NCBI RefSeq assembly: GCF_964188315.1 | Contig: NC_135667.1 | Location: 14,136,001-14,200,000 of the forward strand | DNA length: 64,000 bases | DNA from: Podarcis muralis | Taxonomy: Eukaryota | Reading direction: 5' to 3' | Shown: in pieces, positions 25,367 to 36,892 of the stretch | Position numbering within the stretch: the first letter of the stretch is position 1 | How the letters are laid out: each line of letters begins with the position of its first letter | Program-made: the position numbers and the translations under genes | The notes under the pieces: model-generated | Databases searched by the model: none | The model's input: the letters and a program-made list of their open reading frames with translations, nothing else | What the model was told of the DNA's origin: nothing

Positions 25367-26774
25367 TTTTTTTAAAGTCATCATCCTCATATGGATCCTT
25401 CATTTTCATTCTAACTCATATATATATATTAACATATAATTTATAAAATGTACCACAAAACTTTTACAATCTTTTTAGACTTCCATCAGCACCTCTGATG
25501 ATCCACCATTTTAACCACTTCTTATGCATTTCTTAACTTTATATTGCCTTTACATCTCTTAACAAATCATCCTTCCCCTTCTCCATTTTTGCAATACTTC
25601 CAATAATACTCCTCACAAAACTTCTTGCAAACCTACAAACGTTGTCTGATCTTCACAAATACTTTTCAAATAGTCCATAAATTTACTCCAGTCTTCCATG
25701 AATTTATGGTCCCGCTGGTTTCGAATCCTTCCTGTTAGTTTATCTAGTTCTGCATAGTCCATTAACTTCATTCTCCATTCTTCAATCATCAGTAATTCTT
25801 CTAGCTTCCATTTTTGGGCCAGTAATATTCTTGCTGCTGTTATTGCATATAAAAAGAGCTTACATTCCTTTCTATTTATATCACTCCCCACAATGCCCAG
25901 TAAAAATGCTTCTGGTTTCTTTATGAATGTATATTTCAACATTTTTTTCATCTCATTATATATCGTCTCCCAGAAGCATTTTACTTTTTTACATTCCCAC
26001 CACATGTGATAAAATGTTCTCTCTTTTTCTTTACATTTCCAACATTTATTACTAACTTTATACATTTTTGCTAACTTGACAGGTGTTATATACCATCTAT
26101 ACATCATTTTCATCGCATTTTCTTTGCGGGCCTTGCATGCAGTAAATTTTAAACCTTCTTTCCATAATTTTACCCAATCACTCAGCTGTATATTATACCC
26201 AAAATCTTTGGCCCAGTGAATCATAACCGACTTAACCTCCTTGTCCTTCAAATGCCATTCAAGCAGCAGTTTATACATTTTAGACAAAATTTTAGAATCA
26301 TTACTTAATATCTCTAATTCAAACTTTGATCCACTTTCATCAAATCCTTTTTCTTTAGAGTCCTGTTTAAACATTTCATTGACCTGGCGGTAGTGTAGCC
26401 AATCATTTACACATTCTTTAATTTCTTCATATGGTTTCATTTTCCATTTACTTCCTTCCATATATATTAACTTCCCATATGTTATCCATTTCCCACTCAT
26501 ATTGACCTTTTTCACACTCATCGCTTCTAATGGAGATAACCAATGCGGTGTTTTTCGTTCCAATAGGTTTTTATACCTATCCCATATTTCTATTAGAGAT
26601 CTTCGAAATATATGGCTTCCAAATCTTTTACGGACTTTTGACTTATTATACCATAAATATGCGTGCCACCCAAATCTATTATCATAACCTTCCAAATCCA
26701 GCAATTCCGTATTTTCTAGTTTCACCCATTCCTTCAACCAACAGAGGCAAGATGCCTCATAAGACAATTTCAAA
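25367..26774 (-). mobile_element. L1-clade LINE, 5'-truncated, in lectin C intron 1
   Basis: Open ORF2 C-terminus with the CWKC...FYHMWWEC cysteine knuckle; poly(A) (T-run at ~25367); 17-bp TSD tctacacactgtatcct at 25350-25366 and 26775-26791. Confidence 0.93.
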
Positions 26775-26986
26775 TCTACACACTGTATCCTAGTCCTTGC
26801 ATTTCCCTTCACATTACTTGGCTGGGGAACTGCACTTCCAATCTGAAGAAATACATGCAAATCAGGTGGACTTCCTTATGTATGCAAAGTGGAACGTATT
26901 TTCCCCACGTTCCTAGTTGAAGGTGGCCACCAACTCTGTTCTGACATTGTGGCTGCTGTATCACACTTAGAGTAATGGAAATCAGA

Positions 26987-27895
26987 AGTACTTTCAAAAA
27001 TGTATAATTTGCTGCTGAAATGGAACACACAAGACGAAATGGTTAAATCGGCAATGATAAAGTGGGCACAGGATATTGGACATAATATTATGTTTGAGGA
27101 TTGGGAAAGGTTGTGGACCACCGGGCTGAACTTCACTGCATGCAATGCTCTGAAGGAAAACGTAATGAAAATGATATATAGATGGTACATGACCCCAGCT
27201 AAATTGGCTAAAATATACCATTCGTCTGATAACAAATGTTGGAAATGTAAGGAAAATGAAGGAACATTCTTTCACCTCTGGTGGACTTGCCCTAGAGTGA
27301 GGACCTTCTGGGAGATGATATATAACGAGTTAAAAAAGGTGTTTAAGTATACCTTTACCAAGAAACCAGAGGCCTTCCTCCTGGGCATTGTCGGCCAGAA
27401 TGTGTTAAAGAAGGATAGAACATTTTTCATGTATGCAACAACGGCAGCAAGGATATTGATCGCCAAGAATTGGAAGACTCAAGATCTACCCACACTGGAA
27501 GAATGGCAGATGCAGCTGATGGAATATATGCAACTAGCTGAGATGACTGGCAGAATCCGAGACCTGGGAGAAGAAAGAGTCGAGGAAGACTGGAAGAAGT
27601 TCAAGATCTATCTACAAAAGTACTGTAATTTGGCTGAATGTTGATAGGGATGTCAGAGCAGAAATAACTGTCTATCACTAAACTAGATACAAATCTAATT
27701 ACATTTTAATGACTGAACTTAAGATTATGAACAAGATGATAATTTGCTTGGATATAATTTTATAACGATGTAAGTGAGTGCGGGAGGTGTGAGGGAGTCC
27801 AAAGTATTATTGAAAGGATGCTAAATAACCAATGTTTCTTTATTAAATATGCATTGTATTGGAAAATTTTAATAAAAACATTTATAAAAAAAAAA
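26987..27895 (+). mobile_element. L1-clade LINE, 5'-truncated, second insertion in lectin C intron 1
   Basis: ORF 27000-27644 (CWKC...FFHLWWTC); 3' UTR with AATAAA and poly(A); 19-bp TSD tagagtaatggaaatcaga at 26968-26986 and 27896-27914. Confidence 0.93.
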
Positions 27896-28489
27896 TAGAG
27901 TAATGGAAATCAGATTTTTCACATATAAGGAAGCTCAGCCTTTGAGAAAATAGGAGTCTAGTGGCACTCCTTAGATGCTAGAACTCATGGCAATTTGTTC
28001 CATGAATATTTCCTCAAATATCATGCAGCAGTTGTCTTCATAGAGATGACTCAGCCAGCCATAGTCCATCATTTTGTCTCTACAGTGTCCTAAGGGAACA
28101 CTACAGAGGAAGGGAACTCTGCAGGTAAGAGGATGGGAACAAAACTAGGATTGGTTGGCTCTGCCTGTCATTGACTCTGGCTCCACCTATCATTGGTCTT
28201 CTTGCCTTCTGCCCTACCAGCCCCAATGGACACCAGCCTCCACTTGTCCAGAAGAGTCAGTGGTCAGCACTAGTTGCATCTGCACACTAAGCTTATTTGA
28301 CTCCATGATACTTCAACAATCGCCAACTTTTAAGTTTTGGGTTCTCTCTTCTTTCTCTAATCTTCCCATTTATGATTTCAAGGACAGAAAATGCTGGTTT
28401 TCTTCTTCCTGCTATCACCACATTGGCAATAAGTAAGGATAGGGTTTTAATTTGCTGCACATTTCCTTCCACAAAAGGTCAGCCAGGAC

Positions 28490-28550
28490 ATGGGGGTTGT
28501 CACCTACCTTTGCCTTCTTGGTCTCCTGGTCTCCAATTCTTTCCCCGGAG
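28490..28550 (+). CDS. Lectin C exon 2 (signal peptide)
   Basis: MGVVTYLCLLGLLVSNSFPG+G|gtgagt; 61 nt. Confidence 0.92.
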
Positions 28551-29016
28551 GTGAGTGTTTTAACAATTATCTGGGAATTTCCCAAAAATCTTAATAGGGG
28601 CTAAGCATTTATGAAAATAAAAAGTAATTGTTATATTTCCAGGTGATGGTAACCCAGCTAAGGCTGTTGGAATAAATAATCAGGCAATTGAAGCTGGTTC
28701 ATTAGAATGAATAGGGAATTGCCCTACCAACCTCAGTCTGCCCTGAACCACTCCTCAGATTCATATTGACAACCAGTCAGGGAGTGGCACTGCCTGTCAT
28801 TGCCTCTGGATCCACTTTCTGTTGGTCTCCCTGCCTTCTGTCTCACCAATTCAACTGGACACTAGCCACCTCTGAAAGCACAAAGGTTTAAATTACCTGT
28901 GCTTCCTCACTGGAATAAGCAAAAGTACAAGTAAAGTGAGATTTCACATTAAAAACAGTCTTCTTACAACTTTTGTCCCACCCTCTTTTTCTTCCTGTAC
29001 TCTTCTTTCCATACAG

Positions 29017-29108
29017 CAAGGGCCAGATACTGTTCCAGGGGTTGGCTGAGAGCGCTGGGCAACTGCTATGCATATTTTGATAGTCTAAAGTCATGGTCTG
29101 CAGCTGAG
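29017..29108 (+). CDS. Lectin C exon 3
   Basis: catacag|; (A)RARYCSRGWLRALGNCYAYFDSLKSWSAAE|gtaag; 92 nt. Confidence 0.95.
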
Positions 29109-29584
29109 GTAAGAAGTTGGTTCTCACCAACCAAGCTGTAGCATAAGATATTGTTGTGGGTTGCACATGAGATCTTTTTGAGGAGGGCTATGTATGTGAG
29201 TTGTCCTGAGACAATACCTGGCCAACATTTCAAATTGAGTTGCTCACCCAACATGTCCAAGGGATGTGTTTCCATGGGAGCCACGAAGGCTTAATTAACA
29301 GTCAAGACTCCTCAAGGGTGGCAACTTAAATAAAATAAGGGGCGTGGAAGTGGCTGGTAAGCCCTGCTCTGCACAATCGATCACAAGACATGGCACACAC
29401 ACACACCCCATTGGAATGGCAATGCCCATCACCTTTGGGAACCCGCCCCCTCAAATATTTTATTGGGGGGCTAAAGGGACCTTGGCCCAAAAGAGTTGGA
29501 TCCTGTGGTCAGGAGGGATGGCCTGGCCAGAATGTATCCACTCACCATTAGGAAGAGGCAAGTCATCTCTCTTACTGAAAAGAA

Positions 29585-29738
29585 TACAATGGTACCTCGG
29601 GTTAAGCACTTAATTCATTCCGGAGGTCCGTTCTTAACCTGAAACTGTTCTTAACCTGAAGCACCACTTTAGCTAATGGGGCCTCCTGCTGCTGCCGTGC
29701 CGCCGGAGCACAATTTCTGTTCTCATCCTGAAGCAAAG
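29585..29738. mobile_element. Tc1/mariner MITE, truncated (same family as 33863-34092)
   Basis: TA-caatggtacctcgggttaag left end; followed by an L2 3' tail fragment (~29741-29847). Confidence 0.75.
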
Positions 29739-29967
29739 TTTAGGGAAGTTTTTAATGTCTGATGTTTTATCATGTTCTTAATATTTTGTTGTCTTGGGAG
29801 GGAGGTCCGGTCAGATGGGTGGGAGATAAGTTGTTGTTGTTGTTGTCATGTTGTCTTTTTGATACATTGTGAACCACTTTGGGCACCATTATGTGGGAAA
29901 GTGTCCTACAGTTAAGCGGATGATGATAGTGGTGGCAGAATGACTTTAGTGCCTTCTCTATTCTCAG

Positions 29968-30108
29968 ATTGCATGCCAAAGCCATGGCCGTGGGACCCAT
30001 CTGGCTTCTATACACACAGAGCAAGAGTCAGCCTTGGTGGCCAAGTACATCTACTCAAAGCAGAAGAGAAAATATAATGTCTGGATTGGTCTCTATGATC
30101 CCTATGAG
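29968..30108 (+). CDS. Lectin C exon 4
   Basis: ttctcag|; IACQSHGRGTHLASI...VWIGLYDPYE|gtgagt; 141 nt. Confidence 0.95.
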
Positions 30109-30495
30109 GTGAGTTCCCTTCAATTACTCTATTCCAGGTCATCATCACAGCACAGTGGCTCCTTAGCAATGCCATCCTATCATCTCCCAGGCTGCATCCC
30201 ATAATTATTTCTCCAATATTTTACATAGGGGCCAGGCATGCTGGGTTCCACCCCACATTAGGGGTGCCCACACATGCAACACGTTGCCGCTCCCTGCCAG
30301 CCCCCCACAGAGAACATTTTGTGGGTGCCTCAGCACCCATGGCCCTGCATTGATGGTGCTTATGGTAGGGGCTTCTTCTCTAATGTCTCCATCATAGCTT
30401 GCAAGAGCTTCCTGCTGAGCAACCTCCTCTGAAGATCCTTGCACTGAGCTACAAACCTCCTTGGTCAAATGAGCTGTTCCTTCTCTTTTCTACAG

Positions 30496-30610
30496 AACCG
30501 AGATTGGAAGTGGCCTGATGATTCAATCTTTAATTACAGCAACTGGAACGGATGGGAGCCAAACAACTCTGACGGCAAGGAGTATTGTGTGGAGCTGAAA
30601 CGTAGGACAG
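30496..30610 (+). CDS. Lectin C exon 5
   Basis: ctacag|; NRDWKWPDDSIFNYSNWNGWEPNNSDGKEYCVELKRRT+G|gtagga; 115 nt. Confidence 0.95.
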
Positions 30611-31227
30611 GTAGGAAAACTATTTGCATGCCTGAGAAAAAAGGCGTTTTCACCTTGAATGCTACATTACCCTCCGATTCCCTATAAATTTCCAACCTTT
30701 CTCAGGGTTGCATCTGACTAAATTGCACTGAAAATACCTCTGTCAATAGACCCAAATTAACCACCACTAATTAAAGTCTATTGATTTTAAGGGATCCAAT
30801 TATGAGTCATATTTAACCTTCAACCAGGTGTTCGCTTGTAGAAATGTTTACAGATCAATTACTCTGGCTAGCAGTGGTCCATTCATTTAGCATTTAGCAT
30901 CACTGCCCAACACACCAGGAGGCTTCAGCTGTAGCTCATCTACATAGTTTAGTTGCCTGTGTTTTATTTGCATGCATACTCATTTACATATTATATTCTG
31001 GAAACAGTGGTTTTTCAAGTGGGCCATGTCATATTATTTTCTACAGTATTTCTCTAAGAAGTGGTTAAAGTCAGATAAAGAAACAAAATAAGGCGTCACA
31101 TTAAAAAAGACCCGATTTCAGCTGCAAATTTTGAATCAGGAGCACACATGAGGTTGAAGTCAGGCAACTGTCGGATGGGCAACCCACATGGGGTCGGTCA
31201 TTTCTGGATCAGTCTATCCTGCCCAAT

Positions 31228-31410
31228 CTAGGGTTGCCATACGTCCGGATTTTCCCAGACATGTTCGGGAATCGGGGCCTGAAAATGGCATCTGGGCAGC
31301 AAAGCAGCAAAATGTCTGGGAAAACCCGGACATATGGCAACCAGGGCTATTTTCAAAGGAAAATGTTTCAAACATGCTTTAAAAGCTGGAAATTTGGGGT
31401 GGTGGGGTGG
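31228..31410. mobile_element. Probable non-autonomous hAT-like DNA element
   Basis: ctagggttgccatacgtccgg end and internal gaaaacccggacat(a/t)tggcaacc inverted sub-repeats; TSD not resolved. Confidence 0.5.
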
Positions 31411-31865
31411 TGGAAGGGAGATGTTCACACAAAAAACCCTCAAAAAAAGAAAAAAGCTCAGGCCGGCCCTCACTTGTTCCTGGTGCACCTTGCAATTTCA
31501 ATTTGAGTTAACTGGGCATGATCTGAGTGCACATTTGCCCAGATGGATGGCATGTGCGCAGAGCGGTGGCGGCTGCCGAAAGGAGTCAAGCACCCCGGGC
31601 TCAGTGCAAGTCAGGAGGAAGCCCAGTTGGTGATTGTCCCAAAGCCGCTTACCTTGAATAGGGGCCTGAATAGGGTTCAGGGAGGGAGGCGGTGTAAGGC
31701 CCGAGCAAAAAGAAAAGAAAAGAGCTCAACAAGTTTGTCCGGATTTTTAGTATCTGAAATATACCCTAGTCAAATCCAATTCCTAACCCAGACTCCAAAC
31801 CACATCCATTTGGTTATGTAATAATGGGCAAGAAATAGTAACTTTTGTCGTGTCTTGAATTTTAG

Positions 31866-31933
31866 GTTTCCGAAAGTGGAATGATGAACCTTGTCAGCAT
31901 TTGAATACCTATATCTGCAAAAAAGAGCTTTAA
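31866..31933 (+). CDS. Lectin C exon 6
   Basis: ttttag|; (G)FRKWNDEPCQHLNTYICKKEL*. Confidence 0.95.
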
Positions 31934-32645
31934 AGGAGACTGGAGTTCCCAACTCTGCCTGCTTAGTGGATGTGTCTCTGATCTCATTCCTTCCTCTCCC
32001 ATCCATCAAAGGGGAAAAAACAGCTCTTCTTCATTTTTAAAATAACCTCTTCTATAGAGCTACCTCTGTGGTCTTCCCATTCACTTGGAAGTTTCCTTGT
32101 TACTTCTGCAAAATATAATCCTAATAAACTCGCTTACGTGTATTCTGTTTTCACTGAGTCCATCCTTATTGCTCCAGTTCCAGTACCATATATCTGAAGA
32201 CTGGGGAAGGGGCAATTCCTGCACTGGAGTTCCCAGGGAAAAGAAGCACATTGTATCTAAGGGGCCCCAGTCCAGCACTGTCGCCGATACCTGACAAGGC
32301 ACTCAGGGCAACATGTAGGTGAAACTTCCTATCCCAAACCCAACGTCTTTTCTCAGAGGTGCTCAGCAGAGCTGGTACTAAAGCTGGGATTTTGAGAGCT
32401 GGGGACAGGGGGAAAAGTAAGGGGATCCCAGACTACCTGACCAGTGCCAAATCCTGGGATGCTAAACCAAACATCCCTGCCCCAATTGCTCACCTGTAGG
32501 CCCTTCTCTGTGCTAGACATGAGTGATTTTGTCTGGCTGGAATGACTATGATTGTCTGGATGGTGGATAGAGAGATAGGAGTAAAGCAGCCTCTGACCTT
32601 TGCCTGGCTTGAAGGCAGTCTACTGTGCAAAGGCAAGAGTCCCCA

Positions 32646-32788
32646 TCACCACCACCACCACCACCATCAATTATTATTTATACCCCGTCCATCTGGCTGG
32701 GTTTCCCCAGCCACTCTGGGAGGCTCCCAACAGTATATTAAAAACACGATAAAACGTCAAACATTAAAAACTTCCCTAAACAGGGCTG
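32646..32788 (-). mobile_element. L2 3' tail fragment
   Basis: Reverse complement of the L2 3' end with a TAA/GGT-type tail. Confidence 0.82.
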
Positions 32789-33862
32789 ATACATAACATT
32801 CCTTGTATTATATACTGTGAAGCAATGTTGGAAATTTTCATGAGGTTAGAGAAAAACCTACCTGGTTAATCATTAAGGAGCTGGGCCTGGACTGTATCTC
32901 TGTGGGCTTAGTCACAAGATGATTAGCTCACAGTCACATGAAAGGGATTGCATTTCAGGTCTATGCATATGTTAATTGCAGGCATCCATGTCGGGTGTGG
33001 TGCCTTCTTTTAAGTTCTGTGAGCAAAGCTTTTGAACCACATTTTTGGACTGGATAATTTTTATTTCAATGCAAGAGTCTGTTTTGTTCTTCCAGTGGCT
33101 TCCATGTGTGTCAAACCAATAATCTCAGCAGGTCATCCGTGAGGAAATGTTGCCCTCAGTTCTGGTTTCTCTTGATTTCTCATTTCTCCAAACTTGAGTT
33201 CCTCACATTTCCACAACTATTGGTGAAAGGTTTGGGGGCGTTTTTTGGGGTTGGGGTGAGTAAATTCACCAGCACTTTCACAAACATTTCTTCTAACGTG
33301 CACATGTCGGCACTCAGTGTTTCCCAACCTACAAAGTACTGATCTGAAATATAACATAGTTTTGCACATTATTTTCACCAACACATGATTGTTAATGTGC
33401 TGTCTTCAGTTATATATGCATTACGCTGCTTGGCCACCAATCTGCATTTCAAAACCTGGAGAAGTGCCAAGGTCTAAAGGATGGCTGTTTTACAGCAGTT
33501 GTATTATTTTGGAAAGTGCAAATTAGGGAGATATGCTTCAAACATAGTGTGAATTGAATGTCTTCTCCACCCCTTCTGTGGTCAATCCTGCAGTGGTACA
33601 TGTGGATATCAATGAAGGTGCAACCAGTGTGGGTTTACTCATCTCTGCCCTGCTACTTCTCCTCATGCAGTTCAGCACAGGATCTTGTGTGTCTTGTTCA
33701 GGATGTGGGTAAGGTTAAGCAGGTGTGCCAGTTTTAGTTTCTGTCTGTTTCTCATCCCCCCCATCTTTAATTCAGCTCTCCACATCTGCACATCATTGTT
33801 TGTTTGTTTTTTAAAATATTTATGTAGATTCATCAGCATTTTAGTGTGAATTTATCCCAATA

Positions 33863-34092
33863 TACAGTGGTACCTTGGGTTAAGTACTTAATTCATTCCA
33901 GAGGTCCGTACTTAACCTGAAACTGTTCTTAACCTGAAGCACCACTTTAGCTAATGGGGCCTCCTGCTGCCGCTGCGCTGCCGGAGCACGATTTCTGTTC
34001 TCATCCTGAAGCAAAGTTCTTAACCTGAAGCACTATTTCTGGGTTAGCGGAGTCTGTAACCTGAAGCGTATGTAACCTGAGGTACCACTTTA
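33863..34092. mobile_element. Tc1/mariner MITE, full length
   Basis: TA-cagtggtaccttgggtt ... aacctgaggtaccactt-TA TIRs. Confidence 0.82.
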
Positions 34093-34199
34093 AGCATGTT
34101 TTTTAAAAGCAATTTCCCCCAGTACAATGCATTTTTACACTTATCTATGAATTTGTATGAACAATAGTTTTGGGATTTTTTTATATACGTTACCTGAGG

Positions 34200-34325
34200 A
34201 CAGCATTGCAAAATTCAGAGAAGTGTGAGTTTCAAAGGTTGGCTGTGTTTCAGCTCATGAATTGTTTTTAGAAAGTGTGAGTAGGCCTGGTTTTCATTTT
34301 GAACTGAATTGAACTTCTCCCCCAT
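34200..34325. repeat. Unclassified dispersed repeat (related copies ~33440-33560, ~41970-42130, ~54740-54900, inverted ~49670-49790)
   Basis: Shared ttcaaagg.tggctgtgtttcagctc...aaagtgcaaatt...gaactgaatt motif string. Confidence 0.6.
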
Positions 34326-35000
34326 CCTCAGTCTTGGTTAAGCAATAGGCAAACCGGGGGGGGGGGGGTGCTGGGTGGTGGCATCAGGCAGAGGCATAAG
34401 ACTATAGGCTTATAGAGGTGTAAGAAAAATCTAACCCAGGGAAGCTGCTCAGGGAGATCTTTGGCACTGATGTGTGTCTCTGTCTCTCTCTGTGCTGTGA
34501 CATTTAGGCATAATAAAACCTGTGACCTGACTATCCTACTGATTGTGACCATTTATGCAAAAGAGAAGAGAGCTAGGAAAATGGACACGGGGCCATTAGA
34601 TGCACCAAGCCCATGCAAGCAAAGTAAAACAAAATGGAGGATGTCCAGCTAGTGCTCAGTATTGTCCCTTATTCATGTCTGTTATGTTCAGTTAAAACAA
34701 GTCTGCGAAAGGACTGGGTAACTTGCTATTGTTGAATTGCCATCTTTTGATATTGCTTAATGCTTCCGATCCTTGAATTTGCATTTGTATGTTAGGAAAT
34801 ACTCATGGTCAGTTCCTCATTTGGAAACACTGACTTTGGGGTGGGGCGGGGAATGTGTGCCTGAGAATATTGAACAGCTTTTTCTTAACTAGAAGCTCTA
34901 GGCAGCATTTTCCTGGGGCAGGAATCTGGTTTAAAATTTAGTGTAGCATTCCAGAACATGGCGCTGGTCAGGTTAAATGGGATTCCCTTGCAATTTCCCA

Positions 35001-35240
35001 GTGTGATGTAGTGGTTAGGAGTGGTAGTCTCGTAATCTGGGGAACCGGGTTTGATTCCCCGCTCCTCCACATGCAGCTGCTGGGCGACCTTGGGCTAGTC
35101 ACGCTCCTCTGAAGTCTCTCAGCCCCACTCACCTCACAGAGTGTTTGTTGTGGGGGAGGAAGGGAAAGGAGAATGTTAGCCGCTTTGAGACTCCTTAGGG
35201 TAGTGATAAAGTGGGATATCAAATCCAAACTCTTCTTCTT
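35001..35240 (+). mobile_element. tRNA-derived SINE (same family as 17090-17332)
   Basis: Near-identical to 17090-17332; A and B boxes; (TCT)n end. Confidence 0.85.
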
Positions 35241-35683
35241 TCCCTGTCCTCATTTTGTGGCTTCTAAAATTCTGGATTTCATATCAACTGCGCTGAGCAG
35301 CTCTAAGGAAAGGTGTTTGTTTTGGGGATGAAATTTGTGGTGACATCTGGATTTGAGTGCCTTGTGTGTTGTGAACAGCAGTGCTAGACACAGTGAGAGT
35401 TAGACACAGCACACCCCTGTTCCTGGGACTCTCATGCAAGGAGTGACTCCTTATCGTGAGATTTGTGCTCTGAGAATTGGTGCTGTAAGGACTGATGGGA
35501 TGAGAAGGACAGAATCATGACAAGAAATATATGCATAAGAGATTATTAGGAGTACATTGTATTGAAACCTATCTTGGAAATAATGGATGAGAGTTGATCA
35601 CTGAGGGATTGGAGAGGAGGTAATGATTCCAGAGAGCTGTCCATCAATCACAGAAGGCACAGTTGGGAATGACAGTTGCTGGA

Positions 35684-35763
35684 TTAGAGTTTTTTCTTGC
35701 AGATGTAGCTGTTGAGTTGGTTGCAGTTTCTATCATTCCATTTCACAAAACTGTAAACGGTTT
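35684..35763 (-). CDS. Lectin D exon 6 (acceptor choice uncertain, see findings)
   Basis: ttctcttttaaag|AA ACC GTT TAC AGT TTT GTG AAA TGG AAT GAT...; (E)TVYSFVKWNDRNCNQLNSYICKKKL*. The alternative CAG 13 nt downstream is out of frame. Confidence 0.75.
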
Positions 35764-36389
35764 CTTTAAAAGAGAACAAATGACAGAATTAGGTCCAGAA
35801 GTTAGGAGGCACATGAAGAATAAATAGTCTGGATTAATTTTGCTTTCTGATCTTAGATTTTCTACATCCCTTAGTCAACACTTTCCCTATGGTGAGGAGA
35901 ATACACAACTCAGACTTTAGCCTGGCAACCAGTTTTCAGAATACAACATGAATGTGATGGCGGTGGTGGTGATGGTTGCTACAAATTGCATACCACCCTT
36001 CATCCAAATATCCCAGGGCAGTTGTCACGTACAATTTACTATGCAGATAGGCTGTAACTGAACCATTCTACATTGTGGTATGTTGGAAGTGACCCTAAAT
36101 GCTGAACAAATAAATCACTGCTGTTCCACTCTACAGAGTAATTATCTTTGCTGTAAAGAAACAAATACCTGACCAACAGTTGTATCCAACTAACGCATAC
36201 TCAGAGTATACTCCTTAAAATTAATGGACTTTCATAAAATACTAACCTGGGTCTGCTGATTTTGATGGAACTATTTTGAGTATGACTTACAATCCTGAGA
36301 GAAGTAGGACATTGATGGAGAAGTGTGTGGCCATGTGGAACTCAACATCTAATTGTTATTTTGTCAGACATTGCAAATGGTTTCCTTAC

Positions 36390-36516
36390 CTGGAAAATAT
36401 AGGAGCTCCACACAATGCTCATAAGGGGCCCAGTCGTCTGGTGTGGTTGGGTACCAGGATTTGTAACCTTCGTCGAACTTGTAGACTGATCCATCAGGCC
36501 ACCTCCAACGCCCATT
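36390..36516 (-). CDS. Lectin D exon 5
   Basis: cttgcag|; NGRWRWPDGSVYKFDEGYKSWYPTTPDDWAPYEHCVELLYFP+G|gtaagg; 127 nt (12 longer than paralogs). Confidence 0.93.
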
Positions 36517-36760
36517 CTGCAAGATTGAGACATTATAGATCATGTAAGTAAGGAAATGAGGAGCCTGGTGTCAATATTATCTGGATATGTTGGTCTGTGG
36601 GAAGGTAGTGCCAGCTATGAATGAGACAGAGGAGGAGCTGCATGGAAAATAATATTGATGTAGCATGTGGGGTTCATTCTTGGATATTATTATATGAGGA
36701 TGCTAAGGAGCCACTACTCTATGACAACGACTTTGAATAGAGCAAGTGAAGGCAACTCAC

Positions 36761-36892
36761 GTAATGAAGCCCAATCCATACGTTGCTTTGTTCTTGCTGG
36801 GATGCGGAGATGTGCTTGGCAATCAGGGCTGTCTCATCCACATTAAGGATAGAGGCAAGGTGAGCCCTATGGCCATAGCTACGGCATGCAGT
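36761..36892 (-). CDS. Lectin D exon 4
   Basis: ttcttag|; TACRSYGHRAHLASILNVDETALIAKHISASQQEQSNVWIGLHY|gtgagt; 132 nt (9 shorter than paralogs). Confidence 0.92.

Larger units (their letters stand above)
25080..32128 (+). other. C-type lectin gene C, 6 exons, 158 aa, EPN/WND motifs
   Basis: Hand-spliced CDS of 477 nt: MGVVTYLCLLGLLVSNSFPGARARYCSRGWLRALGNCYAYFDSLKSWSAAEIACQSHGRGTHLASIHTEQESALVAKYIYSKQKRKYNVWIGLYDPYENRDWKWPDDSIFNYSNWNGWEPNNSDGKEYCVELKRRTGFRKWNDEPCQHLNTYICKKEL; AATAAA at 32123-32128. Confidence 0.93.

Noticed and set aside
25613-26860. 415-aa ORF as a host gene
   Set aside because: It is an L1 ORF2 C-terminus bounded by TSDs; the first ~28 codons (26775-26860) are chance read-through from flanking intron.
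32850-33200. Possible additional lectin exon between C and D
   Set aside because: Scanned both strands by eye; no WND/WIGL/cysteine pattern with valid splice sites.
34330-34700. LTR-like segment (AATAAA-containing; a similar impression at ~18545-18780)
   Set aside because: No TG...CA ends or TSD could be identified, so it is not reported as a feature.
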